From: a bacterium
Lineage (GTDB): Bacteria; Zhuqueibacterota; Zhuqueibacteria; Oceanimicrobiales; Oceanimicrobiaceae
Assembly (NCBI GenBank): GCA_046758365.1
Contig: JBHIAC010000122.1
Location: 1-10,193, forward strand
DNA length: 10,193 nt
Direction of reading: 5' to 3'
Shown: piece after piece, positions 6,555-10,193 of the stretch
How positions within the stretch are numbered: position 1 is the first letter of the stretch
Layout: each line of letters opens with the position of its first letter
Made by a program: the position numbers and the translations under genes
The notes under the pieces: generated by a model
The model's input: only the letters and a program-made list of their open reading frames with translations
Told to the model about the DNA's origin: nothing
The model's database searches: none

Positions 6555-7883
6555 GTGATATTTAAAACCTTCAAGTTTTTACATTTACAGATAATGTTAT
6601 TTACTATTTTAATTACCTTCTCAGGTAGAGAGTTAGTTTTTGCCCAAAATGAGATCATCACACTTTACGGCAAGACACTTAAAGAAATCCGCATTGAGGG
6701 TGCCCATTTTACTCACGAGGATATTATTATAAGAGAATTGGCTTCAAAGGTTGGTCAACCTTACACAAAAGCGAACGCAGCAAAAGATTACGCAAGATTA
6801 GATAAGCTGGACATTTTCAGCTTTATTCGAGTTCAACCGGTAATGGAGAAAGATGAGGTAATTCTAAATATAAAGGTCAAAGAGATTTTTCCTTACTTAC
6901 CATTTTTTAGCTATGAAGTTACCGACGAAAATGGCTTTGCCGGAGGACCCGGATTTCAATCTGTGAATTTTCTTGGCCAAGATCGCTTTTTTATCGCTTC
7001 CGTAAGATTAGGCGGAGCAACTAACATTAACCTTTTTTATGAAGACCCCTGGATTAGTGGAAACCATTTATCGGTGACGTTTGAATTTTTCCAAGGAGAC
7101 AGATTCAACAAACTAGATCAATTTAACGAGATTGCCAGCGAAAGCATGCTGAGGATTGGCAGCTATTTAGGCGAATATGGTAGAATCGGTGGTCGATTTT
7201 CATTTATTTCTATAAAAAGCGATTCAGCCGGGAGAACTCTCTCATCAAGTAATCGTGATAACATTCCAACACTTGGATTTTTCATCGGTTATGATAGCCG
7301 CGATTTGTGGTCCAATCCCCACCGAGGATGGCAGAATGAGTTTGAAATTTCAAAGTCCGCTGGATTTCTTGGTGGTGATGGGGATTTTTGGTCATTCAAT
7401 TTTGATATAAGAAAGTATGTGCCAATTATAAAGAGGCATACATTAGCTTTGTTTTCCCTGACTACTCTAAGAATTGGAGATGTTGGAACGGACATCCCAT
7501 TGCATCAGGATTTTCATATGGGGGGCACCAATAGTGTGCGAGGATGGGATATTAGCTCCGAAAGAAGTGGGAGAAATCAGTGGATTGGCACGGCGGAGTA
7601 TCGCGTGACTGTACTGGAACCAAAAGTTTTAAGTGTATTTGGACTAACCGCAGATATAGGATTGCAAGTAGCTCTGTTTGGTGATTTAGGCATCGTATGG
7701 AATGACAAAGACCAGTTCGACGCAGATAATTTCATCGGTGGATATGGTTTTGGATTGAGGTTTTTAGTTCCATTTGTAAATATGTTCCGATTTGATTTTG
7801 GTTTTGGTGAGCCGGGAGAGAGTTTTAGAATTCATATTGGGGCCTTTGAGAAACCGGTTGCTCAGAGGTTTCGGGTAAGATAG
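6555..7883 (+). CDS. Omp85 (BamA/TamA superfamily) outer-membrane protein with one POTRA domain
   Basis: GAGGAGG RBS before GTG; signal-peptide-like N-terminus; POTRA motif IRIEG...HEDIIIREL..KVGQPY...DYARLDKLDIFS; barrel entry NFLG; YDSRD...P.RG; loop-6 motif MGGTNSVRGW; LFGDLG; GYGFGLRF...FRFDFG. Confidence 0.88.
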   Translation: MIFKTFKFLHLQIMLFTILITFSGRELVFAQNEIITLYGKTLKEIRIEGAHFTHEDIIIRELASKVGQPYTKANAAKDYARLDKLDIFSFIRVQPVMEKDEVILNIKVKEIFPYLPFFSYEVTDENGFAGGPGFQSVNFLGQDRFFIASVRLGGATNINLFYEDPWISGNHLSVTFEFFQGDRFNKLDQFNEIASESMLRIGSYLGEYGRIGGRFSFISIKSDSAGRTLSSSNRDNIPTLGFFIGYDSRDLWSNPHRGWQNEFEISKSAGFLGGDGDFWSFNFDIRKYVPIIKRHTLALFSLTTLRIGDVGTDIPLHQDFHMGGTNSVRGWDISSERSGRNQWIGTAEYRVTVLEPKVLSVFGLTADIGLQVALFGDLGIVWNDKDQFDADNFIGGYGFGLRFLVPFVNMFRFDFGFGEPGESFRIHIGAFEKPVAQRFRVR

Positions 7884-8048
7884 ATACTTGTTGTCGAAAC
7901 ACAACTCTGATGAGCCGCATCTGTTTTATTTCATGAGAGCTATTTTTTTAGGCTCGTATTAACTAAATTTTCATTTGTGTCTCGTTTTGAGTACCATCTC
8001 TCACCTGTTGTTGTGGTTGACATCTCTAGTATTTCCTTGCCAATATTT

Positions 8049-8527
8049 TTAGCGGACAAAGCTCCGAACAAAAATCCAAATACAAATCATTACCCAAAGA
8101 AATACAGTAAACCAGGCGACTATCCGAACAGAAAAAGTAGACTTAAAATGGAAGAATGGTCCCCACGATGGTCTGTCAACTCGCCTATTCTTTCCCTACG
8201 TCAAAGACACAAAAGTATCCGCATAATTGGGGTGAGATTCAAGAAGGTGTTCTATATCACGAGCAAAGCGATTCCAGTAGTGCTTGCCCATTGTTGTTAC
8301 TTGTACCCAGGCTAGTGATACAACAAACCCAAATAATGTTAAAACCCGCCCATTAGAGGTCCTATTTTGTCTATATAACCAGCGACAAGAGCGAGCAGAC
8401 CTGCACTGATTGTAACAAAAACTGTATTCCTTCTCCAAAAGCGATCGTTTTCTCTATCCAAAGTTTCAACAAGAATCTTTAATCGATCCAGCGTATCTCC
8501 TGGACTCGTTTCCAAGTCTTGTGGCAT
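8049..8527 (-). pseudogene. Disrupted ~159-aa 3-TM membrane protein, resembling small oligomeric membrane proteins of the RipA/'8xMP' or SLATT-like type
   Basis: ORF-track pieces 8339..8527 and 8196..8438 join by one missing base near GGG TTT TAA (8347-8339). The frame then continues past TAG (8198-8196) to TAA 8051-8049: MPQDLE...ENDRFWRRNTVFVTISAGLLALVAGYIDKIGPLMGGF/LTLFGFVVSLAWVQVTTMGKHYWNRFARDIE...SLT*GKNRR...VRIVAWFTVFLWVMICIWIFVRSFVR. Confidence 0.75.
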
Positions 8528-8528
8528 C

Positions 8529-9215
8529 CTAATGTACCGGATTTTTCTTAATCTCTGAGTGAGACTTTATAAAGCCTGACGCTATAGCATTGGGCCAAAT
8601 CCTGCACTGTTCCCGGATTCTTGTACCTGGTAAGACAATGGCTCCGGCGCCAAGCCTGGTGTAGTCGCCAACAAAGGCTCCAAGCTTCTTTAGTGATGTC
8701 TGGAGGGCATTACCGTCTTCAGTCCAAGTGCGAATAGGCCTTTCATCGAAGCGCTTGTTGGATATTACCACTCCAGCACTAATCTCACATAAATTACCAA
8801 TAAGAGAGTTTCCAATATACGCCCGATGTACGATTTTAGTATCATTACCGATAATAGACTTGTTTACCTCGGCTCCGAATCCCACTTTTACACGTTGTCC
8901 CAAAACAGTCCCGGGTTTGAGATAACAATTTGGCCCTATATCACAGTCGGCCGATATAAGGCAGGGACCTGCTATTATAGAACCAAACTTAATTCTAACC
9001 GAGGGATGAATCCAACAAGGTCCTGTAATTTCAAGACTAGAAGGATAGTTAGGAATGGATTCACCGTAGTGATTAATAGCCGTTGTAATTTCTTCTAGAA
9101 TCTCCAAAAAGGAGTGCCCCTCAGTGAGAAACTTTACTGGGTGATCGACGAACAACTTCAATTTTATTAGTCTTTGGACTATTTCTTCAGGAAAACCAAG
9201 ATCTGTAAATTTCAT
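8529..9215 (-). CDS. Left-handed beta-helix (hexapeptide repeat) acetyltransferase, similar to the C-terminal domain of archaeal-type bifunctional GlmU
   Basis: Hexapeptide repeats with GP.WI, IGPNCYLK, AEV.KSII, HRAYIGNS (cf. GlmU HLxYxGD), AG..ISNKRFD, KKLGAFVGD, VLPG. No nucleotidyltransferase domain. Confidence 0.85.
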   Translation of the reverse strand: MKFTDLGFPEEIVQRLIKLKLFVDHPVKFLTEGHSFLEILEEITTAINHYGESIPNYPSSLEITGPCWIHPSVRIKFGSIIAGPCLISADCDIGPNCYLKPGTVLGQRVKVGFGAEVNKSIIGNDTKIVHRAYIGNSLIGNLCEISAGVVISNKRFDERPIRTWTEDGNALQTSLKKLGAFVGDYTRLGAGAIVLPGTRIREQCRIWPNAIASGFIKSHSEIKKNPVH

Positions 9216-9249
9216 GATTATCTCATCATCCTCGTAAATGTTCTCTAAC

Positions 9250-9343
9250 TTGTTTTAGACAAAATGTTCAGGTTCTTTATTTAATAAACAAAAAATTCAC
9301 TTCAAGTGCAAGAAAAAACTTCACACTTTAGTCAAAATGTGAA
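9250..9343. promoter_or_regulatory. Paired direct repeat / palindromic operator-like sites upstream of the acetyltransferase
   Basis: TTTAGACAAAATGT (9254-9267) and TTTAGTCAAAATGT (9327-9340) are 13/14 identical. The second lies within TTCACACTTT-N4-AAAATGTGAA (9320-9343) and the first overlaps TTGT-N5-ACAA (9250-9262). Confidence 0.4.
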
Positions 9344-9346
9344 TAG

Positions 9347-9464
9347 ACCGCTAACTCAAAGGCCGCTAAGAATTTCAAGCTACTTCTATAATTTCTCTCG
9401 CAAGCTCATGTTCGTTTTTTCTCTCCTTAGCGTCCCCTGCGCCTACTTTGCGTGCTTTGCGGTT
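9347..9464. repeat. MITE/REP-like element with ~9-nt CTTTGCG units and inverted ends
   Basis: Right arm CTTAGCGTC CCCTGCGCCTA CTTTGCGTG CTTTGCGGTT (9426-9464). Left arm ACCGC (9347-9351) ... CGCTAAG (9364-9370) is complementary to GCGGT and CTTAGCG. Confidence 0.65.
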
Positions 9465-9537
9465 ATATTACATTTTGTATTAATCTTTTGGCACTAAGAG
9501 AACGTTCAGCTTTAAGTCTTGCTGCGCTTTTTAGTTT

Positions 9538-10193
9538 CTAAAAAACTTTAAGATTAATATACTTCCGCGGATGGGTCTTTACGTCTTGCATGAGGGTTTG
9601 CAAGTCATTTAATAGTTGAGCTACTTCTTCGTATATTTGGTCATCAGTAAGGAAGCGCCCAGTAGTGCCCTGATTTGACATTTTATAAACTAGGGAGTCT
9701 GCTTGGACAGTGAAAGATTTCAAATTGGCATATAACGAGGGATCGGCAATGAATTTTCCTAAAGAACCTTCACCATTCTGAATTTTTTTGGTGATACTAC
9801 TTAAACTATTGGTTATCGAATTTAAGTTCTTGTAAAGGTATGAATCGTTTAGAAATAAGCCAAAGCTACCTTCGCTGGAATTCATAGCCGCCATCAAATC
9901 CGCGGTTGATGAAAGCAGTCGGGTCATTTCTCTTGCAAATCGCGGATCATTTAAAAGTACCCCTAAAAATCCTTCTCCCTGTTCAATGTTATGCGTTATG
10001 GATTTACCACGGACTAATATTGCATTCAAATTTTCAAGAGTCGCAACCGCTGTGTCTGTAAGTTCACCGAAATCTAATGGGATGACGCCTTTCAGAAAAT
10101 CGCCCTCGTTTAGAGGTTGCTCTCCTGATTGCCCTTGCGTGATATCCACATATTTATCTCCTAATATTCCCAGAGTCATAATGCGAGCTACCG
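9538..10193 (-). CDS. MlaD/MCE-family protein with long helical C-terminal region; partial, 5' end outside the window
   Basis: The frame is open to the window edge (..VARIMTLGILGDKYVDITQG, the end of an MCE domain). It continues with repeated GEGxLGxLLxD motifs and the terminal DVKTHPRKYINLKVF. The Met at 10179 is internal. Confidence 0.88.
   Translation of the reverse strand, partial: VARIMTLGILGDKYVDITQGQSGEQPLNEGDFLKGVIPLDFGELTDTAVATLENLNAILVRGKSITHNIEQGEGFLGVLLNDPRFAREMTRLLSSTADLMAAMNSSEGSFGLFLNDSYLYKNLNSITNSLSSITKKIQNGEGSLGKFIADPSLYANLKSFTVQADSLVYKMSNQGTTGRFLTDDQIYEEVAQLLNDLQTLMQDVKTHPRKYINLKVF

Noticed and set aside
7890..7915. Hammerhead-ribozyme-like words GAAAC and CTGATGAG
   Set aside because: Only about 7 nt separate GAAA from CTGATGA, too few for stems III and I, and no stem II closes the core.
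7897..7953. Possible attC site on the minus strand (GCCTAAA...GCGGCT...GTTGTGT)
   Set aside because: The R'' and R' boxes both deviate from RYYYAAC/GTTRRRY and are not complementary, and the arm pairing is poor.
6259..8198. In-frame TAG codons in two different genes suggesting amber recoding (pyrrolysine or an alternative code)
   Set aside because: Both genes also carry frameshifts, and TAG is the apparent true stop of the Omp85, acetyltransferase and MlaD genes.
8339..8350. Programmed -1 frameshift at GGGTTTT
   Set aside because: The heptamer is not in the X XXY YYZ phase of the upstream frame, and the downstream frame still contains a stop.
7289..9098. ORFs 7289..7495(-), 7977..8315(+), 8156..8356(+), 8728..8925(+), 8826..9098(+)
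   Set aside because: Antisense shadows of the Omp85, membrane-protein and acetyltransferase genes.
9306..9497. 63-aa plus-strand ORF
   Set aside because: It runs through the CTTTGCG repeat element, which produces its hydrophobic, Cys/Ala-rich tail; no RBS.

Overview
AT-rich bacterial window with no rRNA, tRNA, CRISPR array, transposase or integrase. Left to right: (1) the 5' part of a GT-C/GT87-like membrane glycosyltransferase on the minus strand, missing from the ORF track; (2) two divergently transcribed apparent pseudo-enzymes, a REC + multi-zinc-ribbon (TackOD1-like) + degenerate GGDEF protein that keeps the RxxD I-site, and a stand-alone Hanks-type pseudokinase, separated by a structured spacer with an anti-SD-like CU tract and a strong terminator; (3) a GH13 pullulanase/debranching enzyme; (4) an unannotated rhodanese pseudogene; (5) a single-POTRA Omp85-family protein; (6) a tightly coupled minus-strand pair made of a stand-alone GlmU-C-like hexapeptide acetyltransferase and a disrupted 3-TM membrane protein; (7) the 3' part of an MlaD/MCE gene. 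Two short-unit inverted-repeat elements lie in intergenic DNA. The best candidates for undescribed systems are the pseudo-enzyme signalling pair with its possible sRNA and the acetyltransferase + 3-TM protein pair. All family assignments come from motif recognition by eye, not from database searches.
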